A DNA stretch of 64,000 nt from Candidatus Termititenax persephonae (GCA_003864475.1 BGZO01000003.1:1789-65788); one strand, 5' to 3'; positions 52,591 through 62,385 are shown, numbered from the stretch's first letter. The notes: generated by a model not told the origin, from the sequence alone. Translations and numbers: made by a program.

Positions 52591-52731
52591 CACAGTGCGC
52601 AAAAAAGGCTTTGCCCCAAGCTGTTTTACTGTGTCATTGTGCAATATTGACCAGCTTTTTGACAAAAATTATTTAGAAATTGGCATAAAAAGTGTTTCTT
52701 TAATCTACACCACTTGATAAAGGAGCGCGGA

Positions 52732-53193
52732 ATGGCCACAAAAACTAAAGTAAACAGGGTTTCGAACATAACGAAATACCTGAAAAAAAACACCAAAGAG
52801 CAAAACCCCCAGAAGTTCTTATTGGAATTGGACGACATTGTTAATCATGAACTGGAAATGGTTGAGAATACTGCCAAGGAAGAGTCCGTCAAAAACACGA
52901 TTCGCGAGATTAACCGCGGTGTGGTCAAAGCGCAGGTCGCCAAGCAGTACCGGGAGGCTTTCAAGCGCCTGGAATATTATCTCAAGGGCAAGCTTTTTTA
53001 TATTGCCTATAAGGAATCCCGGAAATTCATCAAGTTTAAGGAAATCGATGCCATTGTTGACAAGGCGACCTTGTTCAGTTTCGTTAATGAGATTGAGACA
53101 GGGCAGGAGTACGCTTGGAAATTGATTGACAACCTTGTCGATGATTATCTGCGTAATTTCTTGTACGGAATTTTTACATATCTTTATTTCTAA
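52732..53193 (+). CDS. Hypothetical protein
   Basis: A 153-aa ORF from ATG 52732, preceded by AAAGGAG. It is lysine/glutamate-rich and predicted helical. No family recognised. Confidence 0.5.
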   Translation: MATKTKVNRVSNITKYLKKNTKEQNPQKFLLELDDIVNHELEMVENTAKEESVKNTIREINRGVVKAQVAKQYREAFKRLEYYLKGKLFYIAYKESRKFIKFKEIDAIVDKATLFSFVNEIETGQEYAWKLIDNLVDDYLRNFLYGIFTYLYF

Positions 53194-53207
53194 GTTATCA
53201 TGCGCGG

Positions 53208-54287
53208 GTGAAATTTACCGTCGTCAAAAAGTCCGTGAAGTCCGCGGCGCGTGCTGGTTTATTGGAGACCGCGCACGGCGTGATTGAGACCCCGGTTTTT
53301 ATGCCGGTGGGGACGCTGGGTACGGTCAAATCGCTGACCCCGGACTTGGTTGCCGAGCAGGGAGCCCAAATCATCTTGGCCAATACTTATCATTTATTCT
53401 TGCGTCCCGGCGCGGACTTGATAGCCCGGGCAGGCGGTTTGCACCAATTTATGCATTGGGACAAGCCTTTACTGACGGACTCCGGCGGGTTTCAGGTTTT
53501 TTCGCTGGCCAAACTGCGCCGCATAGACCGGGACGGCGTGGAGTTCCAGTCGCCCTTGGACGGTGGCGCGCGGCATAAATTCACGCCGGAATTGGTCGTG
53601 GACATTCAACGCCAGCTCGGCTCAGACATTATGATGCCGCTCGATGTCTGCTCCAATCCCCATGACCCGAAAGAAAAAATCGCGGAAGATTTGCAAATCA
53701 CGCTCGCCTGGGCGCGGCGGGCGCGTCTGGCGGCCAGGAATGGCGAAGCCGCCGGGCGGCCAGCGCTTTTCGGCATAGTCCAAGGCGGTCTGCACGAGGA
53801 CTTGCGGCAAGAGGCGGCGGCGCGGCTGCGGGAATTGGATTTTCCCGGATACGCCGTCGGCGGCGTGTCGGTCGGCGAGCCGGAGGAGGACTTGTACCGT
53901 ATCGCCCAGTCCACTGCCGCGCTTTTACCGGTGGAGAAACCGCGTTATTTGATGGGCGTGGGGTTGCCGCAAAATTTATTACAATGTGTGCCTTTTGGCA
54001 TCGACATGTTTGACGCGGTTTTGCCGACACGTTTGGCGCGGCATAATTCTTTTTTCACACCGCTGGGTTTGGCAAGCATACTGAACGCCGCTTATGCGGA
54101 GGATTGGGCCCCGCTGGTGGACGGCTGTGATTGTTATGCCTGCCGCCATTTTTCCCGCGCCTACCTTAGACATCTGGCCAGGGCCAAGGAGATTCTGGCG
54201 ATTGTCCTGTTGACTATGCATAATATTCGATATTTGGTAAACTTAATGCGTGATTTGCGGCAGAAAATTTTGTGCGGCGAAGTTTAG
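53208..54287 (+). CDS. tgt: tRNA-guanine transglycosylase (queuine tRNA-ribosyltransferase)
   Basis: ARAGLLETAHGVIETPVFMPVGT.GTVK...ILANTYHL.LRPG...LTDSGGFQV...and the zinc site CDCYACRH..RAYLRHL. Confidence 0.95.
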   Translation: MKFTVVKKSVKSAARAGLLETAHGVIETPVFMPVGTLGTVKSLTPDLVAEQGAQIILANTYHLFLRPGADLIARAGGLHQFMHWDKPLLTDSGGFQVFSLAKLRRIDRDGVEFQSPLDGGARHKFTPELVVDIQRQLGSDIMMPLDVCSNPHDPKEKIAEDLQITLAWARRARLAARNGEAAGRPALFGIVQGGLHEDLRQEAAARLRELDFPGYAVGGVSVGEPEEDLYRIAQSTAALLPVEKPRYLMGVGLPQNLLQCVPFGIDMFDAVLPTRLARHNSFFTPLGLASILNAAYAEDWAPLVDGCDCYACRHFSRAYLRHLARAKEILAIVLLTMHNIRYLVNLMRDLRQKILCGEV

Positions 54288-54315
54288 TGAGCCGCAGGGG
54301 GGCAAGGGCGCTTTA

Positions 54316-55632
54316 ATGAACAAGACTCTCCAGAACAAACTGATTATGACGGCGATTTTTGTCCTATTTTTGGCGGCGGCCTTGGTTGTCTGGAAAATTC
54401 CGATTCGCTACGGTCTAGACTTGCAGGGCGGCACGCGCTTGGTCATTGAGGCGCAGGACACGGATACCGTCAAGGTCAATCAAGATGTCCTCACTGGCGT
54501 GATTAACGTCATCGACAGCCGCATCAATGGTTTTGGGATTACCGAGCCGACCATTCAAGCCAAGGGCAGCCGCCAGATTGTCATTGAGATACCCGGCGCG
54601 AGCGCGTCAGAAAATGCCCGGGCGATTGCTTTGATTGGCGAGACGGCCCTGCTGGAATTCAAAGAAGCGGAGCGGGTGCCGGGCGATCTCTCGCTTTTGA
54701 GCGAAAAAGAGCGCACGGATTTTATCGGCGACGGAGAATTGGCAGAATACGAGCAGTATGACCAGCGGGGCAATCTTGTCCGTACCGAGCAAATCATTTT
54801 GCGCAAGACCGTGCTGACGGGCAATGATTTGAAATTTGTCGTGCCTAGCACGGGCGAATACAATCAGCCCGTGGTCTCCTTGGAGTTCACGCCGGAAGGT
54901 GCGCGAAAATTTTATGCGGCGACTTTGCGCTCGGTGGGCAAACCGCTGGCCATCCTGTTGGATGGCCGGATTATCTCCGCGCCCAATGTCAATGAGCCGA
55001 TTGCGGGCGGGCGGGCGCAAATCTCCGGCTCTTTTACGGTGCAGGAGATGCAGGACATGGTAATCAAGCTCCGCGCCGGGTCGTTGCCCGTGCCAATCGA
55101 GCTGGTCGAAAATAAAATGGTCGGGCCGAGCCTGGGCGCGGACGCGGTGGCGCGTTCTATCACGGCGGCTTGGGTGGCTCTGTTGCTCGTGGCGCTGGGA
55201 ATGCTAATCCTTTACCGTTTCAATGGCTTGATTGCCTGCGCCGCGCTGGTTATTTACGCGACCTTGGTTTATGCCGCGTTGGTTCTGCTCAACGCGACGC
55301 TGACCCTGCCGGGTATCGCTGGCTTGATACTCTCGGTTGGCATGGCTGTTGACGCTAATATCATCATCTACGAACGGTTGAAAGAAGAATTGCGCGGCGG
55401 GCTGGCTCAGTCGGCGGCGATTAGCAAGGCCTTCGATAAGTCGCTCTCGGCGATACTGGACGGTAATATCACGACGATTATCGGGACACTTTTCCTCTTT
55501 ATCCTCGGCACGGGGCCGATTAAGGGTTTTGCTGTAACGCTGTTGATTGGCGTAATCTTGTCGATGTTCAGTGCGCTGGTCGTAACGCGCCTGTTGATGC
55601 AGAATATTTATGCCGCCAAGGAGAGTAAATGA
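54316..55632 (+). CDS. secD: Protein translocase subunit SecD
   Basis: GLDLQGG.RLV.E...P1 periplasmic domain...the C-terminal six-TM region with GIAGLILSVGMAVDANIIIYERLKEE. ATG 54316 is preferred over track start 54250, which overlaps tgt. Confidence 0.9.
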   Translation: MNKTLQNKLIMTAIFVLFLAAALVVWKIPIRYGLDLQGGTRLVIEAQDTDTVKVNQDVLTGVINVIDSRINGFGITEPTIQAKGSRQIVIEIPGASASENARAIALIGETALLEFKEAERVPGDLSLLSEKERTDFIGDGELAEYEQYDQRGNLVRTEQIILRKTVLTGNDLKFVVPSTGEYNQPVVSLEFTPEGARKFYAATLRSVGKPLAILLDGRIISAPNVNEPIAGGRAQISGSFTVQEMQDMVIKLRAGSLPVPIELVENKMVGPSLGADAVARSITAAWVALLLVALGMLILYRFNGLIACAALVIYATLVYAALVLLNATLTLPGIAGLILSVGMAVDANIIIYERLKEELRGGLAQSAAISKAFDKSLSAILDGNITTIIGTLFLFILGTGPIKGFAVTLLIGVILSMFSALVVTRLLMQNIYAAKESK

Positions 55633-56471
55633 TGGACTTTATAAAACTCAGCAAGTTTTCTTTCGCGCTTTCCTTTTTGTTTATTGCCGCCAGCCTGGTC
55701 GCGATTGGCTTCCAGGGTTTCAATCTCGGCATTGATTTTACGGGCGGCACGTCTTTGATTGTCAATTTTGCTGAACGACCGAATCTCGACCAGCTGCGTA
55801 CTGTTTTGTCCGCGGAACGGGTGCAGATTACCACGCTGGAAAATGATTTTGTGATTAAAACTGCCGCTTTTTCGGAACAGCATAAAGATGAACTGCTGCA
55901 AATCTTGGACGATAATTTTGGTGAGACGCGGTTGCTGGATTATGAGGCTATCGGCCCGTCGGCGGGCAGTGAGTTGCAAAATCAGGCCTATCTTTTGACT
56001 GTTTTGGTCTTGGCCGGGATATTGATTTACATCACTTTTCGCTTCGAATTGTGGACGGGTCTGGCGGCGGTGGCGGGACTTCTGCATGACGTGATTATCA
56101 CGCTGGGTTTTGTCTCGTGGCTGGGTCTGGATTTTAATATCTCTATGATTGCCGCGATTTTGACGATAATCGGTTATTCCATCAATGCGACGATTATCAT
56201 TTTTGACCGGGTGCGGGAAAATCTCGGCAGTAAAGAATATGCGGGCGCGGACTTGGCGTTGATTGCCAATCAAGCCCTGTTGAGCGTTCTGGGACGCTGT
56301 ATCAATACGTCGGTAACAACGATTTTGGCGGTTTTGGCGGTCTATCTCTTTGGCGGCTTGAGCATTAAGGCTTTTGCGCTGACGATGCTCATCGGTTTCA
56401 CTGTCGGCGCCTACTCCTCAATCTTCATTGCCGCGCCGCTCTATGTTTTCTTGCGGCGGCGGCGGTTCTGA
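55629..56471 (+). CDS. secF: Protein translocase subunit SecF
   Basis: GIDFTGGT...LLHDVIITLGF...IAAILTIIGYSINATIIIFDRVREN. It overlaps the secD stop. Confidence 0.9.
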   Translation: MMDFIKLSKFSFALSFLFIAASLVAIGFQGFNLGIDFTGGTSLIVNFAERPNLDQLRTVLSAERVQITTLENDFVIKTAAFSEQHKDELLQILDDNFGETRLLDYEAIGPSAGSELQNQAYLLTVLVLAGILIYITFRFELWTGLAAVAGLLHDVIITLGFVSWLGLDFNISMIAAILTIIGYSINATIIIFDRVRENLGSKEYAGADLALIANQALLSVLGRCINTSVTTILAVLAVYLFGGLSIKAFALTMLIGFTVGAYSSIFIAAPLYVFLRRRRF

Positions 56472-56475
56472 ATAT

Positions 56476-56943
56476 ATGATGACTTTTGTCCATTGGCAGG
56501 TTTTTTTACTCTCTGTCATCCCGTTGCTGGAATTGCGCGCCTCGATACCTTACGGTTTTTTGGCAGACTTGTCGCCGCTGGTCGTTTTGCTTTTGAGCAT
56601 TATTGGTTCTTGGCTGCCCGCTTTTTTTGTCGTATTCGTCTTGGAACATATCGAGCCGTTTTTGCGTAAGATAAAATTACTCAACGCTTTTCTGGACAGA
56701 CTCTACGCCAAGACCCGTTCCAAGAGCGAGAACATTCGAAGATGGGAGTTTTGGGGTCTGGTTTTGTTTATCGGAGTGCCGTTGCCCGGGACTGGCGTAT
56801 GGACAGGCTCGCTGGCCGGGTACTTGCTTGGTCTGGACAAAACCAAGGTCATCATTGCGTCTCTGCTCGGCACGACGCTGGCCGGGACTATCATGGCCGT
56901 CCTGATGTCTACCGGAGTTTGGGTCATACATTCCGTTACTTAA
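56476..56943 (+). CDS. Small membrane protein (COG2426-like putative small multidrug export protein)
   Basis: LLSVIPLLELRASIPYG...GVPLPGTGVWTGSLAGYLLGL. About 155 aa with 4 hydrophobic segments. Confidence 0.5.
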   Translation: MMTFVHWQVFLLSVIPLLELRASIPYGFLADLSPLVVLLLSIIGSWLPAFFVVFVLEHIEPFLRKIKLLNAFLDRLYAKTRSKSENIRRWEFWGLVLFIGVPLPGTGVWTGSLAGYLLGLDKTKVIIASLLGTTLAGTIMAVLMSTGVWVIHSVT

Positions 56944-56967
56944 TCGGCAGATATTTTTAGCCTTATT

Positions 56968-57408
56968 TCACGTAATTTTGAATTCTCGTTGTAATTCACG
57001 CTCAATGTCTTTTTGTTTCTTCTTTTCCTTCTTGTCATACATTTTTTTTGGCTGACCCAGCCCCAGCAACACTTTCACATAACGATTTTTTTTAATGTAA
57101 ACTTTGAGCGGCACGAGCGCCAGTCTTTTTTGCTGAATCCGCCCGACGAGCTTGTCAATTTCGCGGCGTTTGAGGAGGAGTTTTCGTTCCCGGGTTTCCG
57201 CGGGGTTGTGCCGATTGCCCTGCGCGTACGGCGCGACATACATATTGACCAGATAGAGTTCGCCGCCTTTGACCCGGGCAAAACTTTCCTTGATGCTGGC
57301 GCTTCCCGCGCGGATAGACTTGACCTCACAGCCGACCAGCAGGATGCCCGCCTCTAAGGTTTCCAAAATGGCATAGTCAAATCCAGCCTTGCGGTTTATA
57401 ATTTCCAT
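56968..57408 (-). CDS. smpB: SsrA-binding protein SmpB
   Basis: NRKAGFDYAILETLEAGILLVGCEVKSIRAG.ASIKESFARV..GELYLVNMYVAPY...RERKLLLKRREIDKL. Confidence 0.95.
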   Translation of the reverse strand: MEIINRKAGFDYAILETLEAGILLVGCEVKSIRAGSASIKESFARVKGGELYLVNMYVAPYAQGNRHNPAETRERKLLLKRREIDKLVGRIQQKRLALVPLKVYIKKNRYVKVLLGLGQPKKMYDKKEKKKQKDIERELQREFKIT

Positions 57409-57481
57409 TTAGTTAATATAGCATAATTAATAAGAACAGTGATTTAAATCAGTAAATCAAGTGAATGAGCGGAGGCGCGGC

Positions 57482-57694
57482 ATGGCGGAGTTTATTTTTA
57501 TCAAATGCCCCAATTGCCAAATGCCCATCAAAATCGACCGCGCCAAAAAATATCACGATTGCGAGGAGTGCAAATATGAGTTTCGGCTGGAGCAAGTCGA
57601 GGGCTTGGCCGCGGAAACACCCTCCAAGCCAAGCCAAGACGGCGCTAAGGAATCCTTGCTGGCAAGACTGAAAAAATTGCAAAACCCCGGCTAA
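57482..57694 (+). CDS. Small zinc-ribbon protein (hypothetical)
   Basis: MAEFIFIKCPNCQMPIK...HDCEECKYEF (CxxC...CxxC). A GGAGG ribosome-binding site lies 6 nt upstream of ATG 57482. The gene is divergent from smpB. Confidence 0.45.
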   Translation: MAEFIFIKCPNCQMPIKIDRAKKYHDCEECKYEFRLEQVEGLAAETPSKPSQDGAKESLLARLKKLQNPG

Positions 57695-57713
57695 AATCTG
57701 GTATAATCGCCAA

Positions 57714-60017
57714 GTGCGGGGGGTATTCACAGCAGCGGCTTGGGGTCTAGTCCTGACGGCGTTTTTGGCCGCCGAGAAAATGCCTGTCTCCCTGCGGGGC
57801 GACACGCTGATTTATCAAGGCGATAGTCTGTTTGCTTCCGGTAACGCGCGGCTGGTTTACGACGAGCGGGAAGTGCTGGCCGACACTATTCTTATCGATA
57901 CCCGCACCAACCGCGTCGAAGTTACGGGGTTAAGGGCGCCGCTGTTGCCGGAGACCAGTGCGCAGAAAATTTTTATTAATTTTTACGAGGGCGGCAGTGT
58001 CTTGACCGACCAGCGCTGGCAGGGCAGGCAGGCCGGCTTGACGACCTGTGATTTGTTGGAACCGCATTACCGCCTCGCCGCCCGGGAGTTCCTTTACTAT
58101 CCTGACGACAAAGTGGTTGCCTATCATTTGACCGCACATTTTTGGTTCTCGCCCGTGCCGCTTTTTTACACGCCGTATTATGCTTTTTATACCGGGCCGC
58201 GGCGGGTGGTTTTTACTTTTCCGAAAATCGGTTCTAATACGGTCGAGGGCAATTTTATCAAGACTGAGACCTTATATTTTCTCGATGCGCACAATGAGGG
58301 CGGTGTGCTGTGGGACGCGATGTCGCTCAAAGGCAATGGCAGCGGGTGGTGGCACCGTTATGATTATGGTCAGCCTGGCTTTTTTTACCTCTACCATGTG
58401 CCGGAGCGGGAGCAGCGTCCCCTGCGGGAGAGCGTCGTCCTGCGCTGGCAACAGAAATTATCTTTTGCTGAGCAGCAGTTGGAGCTGGACCACCGTTACC
58501 GCAAGATGTACCTGTTGCCGCAGGGTTATGACGACACGCTGGCGGACACTTTGCGTTACAGCTACCGCCAAGACAAGGATTGGCTGCAGACCGAGTATTC
58601 TTTTCGCGAGGATTATCAGGCGGAGCGCGAGTCCCAGCATTTGCAGTCCAATTCGACTATCGGAGCGCAGACCAATCAAACCGTCTGGCAAAAAGACTTT
58701 CGCCGCGCTGACGGCTACCGTTATGAGGCCCTGAATATCGACGAGCGCTATCAGCTGAGCGACGAGTGGCAGTACCGTATCAATCCAGTTTATTACCGGG
58801 TCAAGACGACGCAGGATGAATTTTATGAACAGCGTCTGGACTTGGCGCATACTTTGGAGCTGTCGCCGCAGGAGAAGAAGTATTTTGAGAAAATGACCGT
58901 CGAGGCCAATTATTATTATGACTTGGACCAAGGCACGGTAACGACGGACACGCTCTCCGCCGAATGGCTGGAGAAAACGCCGCAGATTACCGTCAAGGCG
59001 GTGCGGCAGAATATCGGAGGTGCGGATGAGGACGCGGCGTGGTTTTCGCTGGACTCCAGCTACAGCAGTGGCTGGATACGCGAGTCCAAATATTTTGGCT
59101 ACGTCAACGGGCGCGAACGGCGGAGATTTTTTGAGACCGCGAAATACACGGCAGACTACGCTTGGCACAAAACTTTTCGGTTGCCGGGGGCGCAGCTTAC
59201 CCTGCTCGAAAGTTATGCCCAGACGGCTTACGCCACCCAGGATCAACACTATCAATTCTCCGACCGCCCGTATCTGCTGACCGATTGGTGGGGGTTTTTC
59301 AAGAACAAATTGGAGTATGAACGGACACAGGGCGAGGGCGGCTCGCCGTTCTTTTATGATGACCCGCGGCAATACTTGACGCGCCGCGGCAAACATACCG
59401 CCGGGCTGTATCAAAGCTCAAGGTGGGAGCTGACCGCGACGCTGGCCAAAGATTTTGAGAACAATCTCTACGATGACGATCTCTACAATCTGCGCGTCGA
59501 CCCGTGGGAAAACGGCAGGGCGCTCTTCAATCTGGCGACCGGGCAGAGCCGCTACACCGCATTGTACCGCGACTTGGTTGGCAGTATGCAGCTGCGTTAC
59601 GGCCAGAGTACGGGGCGTTTGAGCTTTACCAAGGATATTAACCGCAATGTCGAGGACAATGAATACGCTGGCAAGCTGAAAACTGCGTCCAGCGAATTGG
59701 ACTTTTATCTTGGCGAACCTTATACGGAGGGGTCAGCTTGGAATTTCTGGCTTAGGGAATGGCATTTTTTAATCAAAAATACTTATGATTTTAACACCGC
59801 CTATTACAATCTCGACACTTTTGGCCTAGGCAAGGACTTGCATTGCTGGTACATGCGCTATCATTTCACGCCGCTGCGCAAGGAGTGGTATGTGGTCTTT
59901 TCGCTCAAGGCCTTTCCCGAACAGGAATTCAAGCTGACGGGCAATGAGGACAATGAATTTAATTTTGACGCGTTCTCCGACACGCTCAGCGCGACTGAAG
60001 TAAGGAGATATGAATGA
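57714..60017 (+). CDS. LptD/OstA-like outer-membrane protein
   Basis: A signal-like N-terminus is followed by an OstA-like segment, LRGDTLIYQGDSLFASGNARLVYDEREVLADTILIDTRTNRVEVTG. A ~650-aa Tyr/Trp/Asp-rich region follows, compatible with a large beta-barrel. GTG start. Confidence 0.55.
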   Translation: MRGVFTAAAWGLVLTAFLAAEKMPVSLRGDTLIYQGDSLFASGNARLVYDEREVLADTILIDTRTNRVEVTGLRAPLLPETSAQKIFINFYEGGSVLTDQRWQGRQAGLTTCDLLEPHYRLAAREFLYYPDDKVVAYHLTAHFWFSPVPLFYTPYYAFYTGPRRVVFTFPKIGSNTVEGNFIKTETLYFLDAHNEGGVLWDAMSLKGNGSGWWHRYDYGQPGFFYLYHVPEREQRPLRESVVLRWQQKLSFAEQQLELDHRYRKMYLLPQGYDDTLADTLRYSYRQDKDWLQTEYSFREDYQAERESQHLQSNSTIGAQTNQTVWQKDFRRADGYRYEALNIDERYQLSDEWQYRINPVYYRVKTTQDEFYEQRLDLAHTLELSPQEKKYFEKMTVEANYYYDLDQGTVTTDTLSAEWLEKTPQITVKAVRQNIGGADEDAAWFSLDSSYSSGWIRESKYFGYVNGRERRRFFETAKYTADYAWHKTFRLPGAQLTLLESYAQTAYATQDQHYQFSDRPYLLTDWWGFFKNKLEYERTQGEGGSPFFYDDPRQYLTRRGKHTAGLYQSSRWELTATLAKDFENNLYDDDLYNLRVDPWENGRALFNLATGQSRYTALYRDLVGSMQLRYGQSTGRLSFTKDINRNVEDNEYAGKLKTASSELDFYLGEPYTEGSAWNFWLREWHFLIKNTYDFNTAYYNLDTFGLGKDLHCWYMRYHFTPLRKEWYVVFSLKAFPEQEFKLTGNEDNEFNFDAFSDTLSATEVRRYE

Positions 60018-60817
60018 TGTATAATCACTTAATGTGGCGGAGACATTTTAAAACACCGATTTATTCCCCGGAGCAAGGGGGATTGTCCAAAATCTTGGCC
60101 AAGCTTAGGCGGGCAGGTTCTGTTTTGCTCCTCTGCCCGCTCCTACTTTTTTTCTTGCTTGGCTGTGCGCGGGTGGTTACGGACAAGTCTTTGACTGACC
60201 CTAGCACCGGGCAGACGCTAACCGTTACCGAGGCGCAATTTACTTTTACCTTTGCCTCTCCGCCCGCGCAAAATCCCGGGCAAAATTACTACCTTATTCT
60301 GGCCGCCGACCCGCTGACCGAGCCGGTCAATAAGGTGCATCCTTACGATGTTGGCAGCGGCGGCGGTAAATATTTTGCTTCGCCCGAGGCTGCGGATTTG
60401 GTTTCTACCAATCAAAATTTACGCAACACTTATTTTAACGGACAGACCGCCGAGGAAATCAATCTCGATGACATTTATGCGGCTCATTTTAATCATTGGC
60501 GGCAGTATTATCTCTACAATCATTCCGGCCCACAGCGGCTGTACCAAGCCCCTTTTGTGTCGGCCAACGTTCCCAGCCTGACGGTCATCAATCATCCTGC
60601 GCCGCGCGTTTCCGGCGGAGTTTTATACTGGACTATTTCTTTGCCGCCCGGCCTGCGTAATTTTTATTTTGCGCTGGTTGCCGTGCAGGACGAACGTAAA
60701 TATACGGACAGCGTGATTGAGGAGTCGCAGATTGGGGTGAACGCCCAGCGGCATTTGTCCCGTGCGCCCAGCAATCCGGCCATTCAAGCCTATACTGTCG
60801 ATTTGGTGGAGTACTGA
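60014..60817 (+). CDS. Putative lipoprotein (lipobox LLGC), unknown function
   Basis: LLLCPLLLFFLLGCARV is a lipobox. ATGA overlaps with the LptD-like gene upstream, and TGATG overlaps with lnt downstream. Confidence 0.55.
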   Translation: MMYNHLMWRRHFKTPIYSPEQGGLSKILAKLRRAGSVLLLCPLLLFFLLGCARVVTDKSLTDPSTGQTLTVTEAQFTFTFASPPAQNPGQNYYLILAADPLTEPVNKVHPYDVGSGGGKYFASPEAADLVSTNQNLRNTYFNGQTAEEINLDDIYAAHFNHWRQYYLYNHSGPQRLYQAPFVSANVPSLTVINHPAPRVSGGVLYWTISLPPGLRNFYFALVAVQDERKYTDSVIEESQIGVNAQRHLSRAPSNPAIQAYTVDLVEY

Positions 60818-62385
60818 TGCTGACGGCTCTTAATATTTTCTTGGTGTGCGGCTCGGCTTGGCTGACCACGCTGGCTTTTCCGCCGCACAATCTCTTTGGG
60901 CTGGCCTTTGGCAGTCTGCTGCCGTTTTTTGGGGTTATTTACCGTGAGCCTTCCTACAAAAATACTTTTTTGTATGCGCTGTTGTTCGGCTTGGTTTTTT
61001 ATCTGCGCCTGCTGGTTTCACTGCTGGAGCTGAGGTTGTATGTCTCGCCAGTTTTGATTTTTTGCGGCTGGCTATTTCTGGCTTTGGCGCAGGCCTTATT
61101 CATCGCCGTGGCCATTCTGCTCGGCAAGTTCATTCAGCGGCATCCTGTTTTTAAAGGTTTTCCCGCCAGCCTGACGGACATTCTCGGTTATGCTTTTGCT
61201 TGGGTCTTCTTGGACTGGCTGCGCTCGCTGGGCGGCTCCGGCTTCACGCTGGGCGGTCTGGCTTATTCGCAGTATTTATTCACGGATTTTATCCAATTGG
61301 CGCGGCTGACCGGGCCTTACGGCTTGACCTTAATTCTGGTCCTGCTTAATGTTTTCTGGGGCGTGCTGTTGGCGCGGCTGATTGACCAGAGGCAAAACCC
61401 CAAAATAACCCGCGCCGAGTGGATTGATTGGGGCATTGCCGCGTCCGTCCTGCTCTTGGCCACAGGGTTAATCATTTTGGGCGGCGGCCTGACAATTTAT
61501 TTTCAAAATCGGCAGACCGCTAAGCCTGTTGAACGCAAGCTGGTTACGGTTTTTCAGCCCGCCGTGCCGCAGGAAGATAAGCTCTCGCTGGCCGCCCATG
61601 CGGACTTAAAGACACAATATTTGGAAGACATCCGCGCTTTCTCGCAGACAGCGACGACCGACTTGCTGGTCTTGCCCGAGACAATCCTCGGCGAGTTCTT
61701 GCTCAATAACAAAGAGTTTATGTTCGCGCTACGCGACGCTTTGGATTTTTCGATTATTTTCGGGGTGCCGCGGCAGGACGAGTTGTCGCCGGATTTTCGT
61801 TACTATAATTCCGTGGCGCTGGTCAACCGTTATGGCGGCGTAACTATCCTGCATGACAAAAAATATTTAGTGCCTTTCGGCGAGTACCTGCCTGGCAAAT
61901 TTTTATTTTCTTGGCTGGTTGCCGCCTCGGGTTTTTTTGACTCCGAATACACGACGGGGCGCAAGGACAGCAGCCGGGAGACTGGCTACGCGGCGGCGAT
62001 TTGTTTCGAGTCGACTTTTCCCTATCAAACCCGCGACCAAATTGGCCGCGGCGGCAGGCTGTTGCTCGTCCTGACCAACGACGCTTGGTTCGGTCAAGCG
62101 CCTTTTCTGGACATGCACCTGTCCTGCGCCGTCCTGCGCGCCGTGGAGAACAACCGCTATGCCGTGCAGTCCGCCAATACAGGCCGTTCCGCCATCATTG
62201 ACAATCACGGGCGCATCCTGCGCCTCTCCTCCCTCAATGCCAAAGAGTGGCTGACCGCCGAGACCGTCCTGCTGACCCGCAAAACCATTTACACTTATTT
62301 TGGCGAGTTGGCGGTCTACCTCGCCTTGGTCTTTTTTTGTCTCTATTTTTACCTGCTCTTGTTCAAGGAAGGGAAGGGGCGGTAG
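60817..62385 (+). CDS. lnt: Apolipoprotein N-acyltransferase
   Basis: An N-terminal multi-TM domain is followed by a CN-hydrolase domain with VLPETIL (Glu), HDKKYLVPFGEYLP (Lys) and AAAICFESTF (Cys). Confidence 0.85.
   Translation: MLTALNIFLVCGSAWLTTLAFPPHNLFGLAFGSLLPFFGVIYREPSYKNTFLYALLFGLVFYLRLLVSLLELRLYVSPVLIFCGWLFLALAQALFIAVAILLGKFIQRHPVFKGFPASLTDILGYAFAWVFLDWLRSLGGSGFTLGGLAYSQYLFTDFIQLARLTGPYGLTLILVLLNVFWGVLLARLIDQRQNPKITRAEWIDWGIAASVLLLATGLIILGGGLTIYFQNRQTAKPVERKLVTVFQPAVPQEDKLSLAAHADLKTQYLEDIRAFSQTATTDLLVLPETILGEFLLNNKEFMFALRDALDFSIIFGVPRQDELSPDFRYYNSVALVNRYGGVTILHDKKYLVPFGEYLPGKFLFSWLVAASGFFDSEYTTGRKDSSRETGYAAAICFESTFPYQTRDQIGRGGRLLLVLTNDAWFGQAPFLDMHLSCAVLRAVENNRYAVQSANTGRSAIIDNHGRILRLSSLNAKEWLTAETVLLTRKTIYTYFGELAVYLALVFFCLYFYLLLFKEGKGR

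Noticed and set aside
56944-57481. I looked for a tmRNA (ssrA) gene next to smpB.
   Set aside because: The flanking intergenic regions are only ~25 and ~70 nt. They contain no tRNA-like acceptor/T-arm or tag-peptide reading frame.
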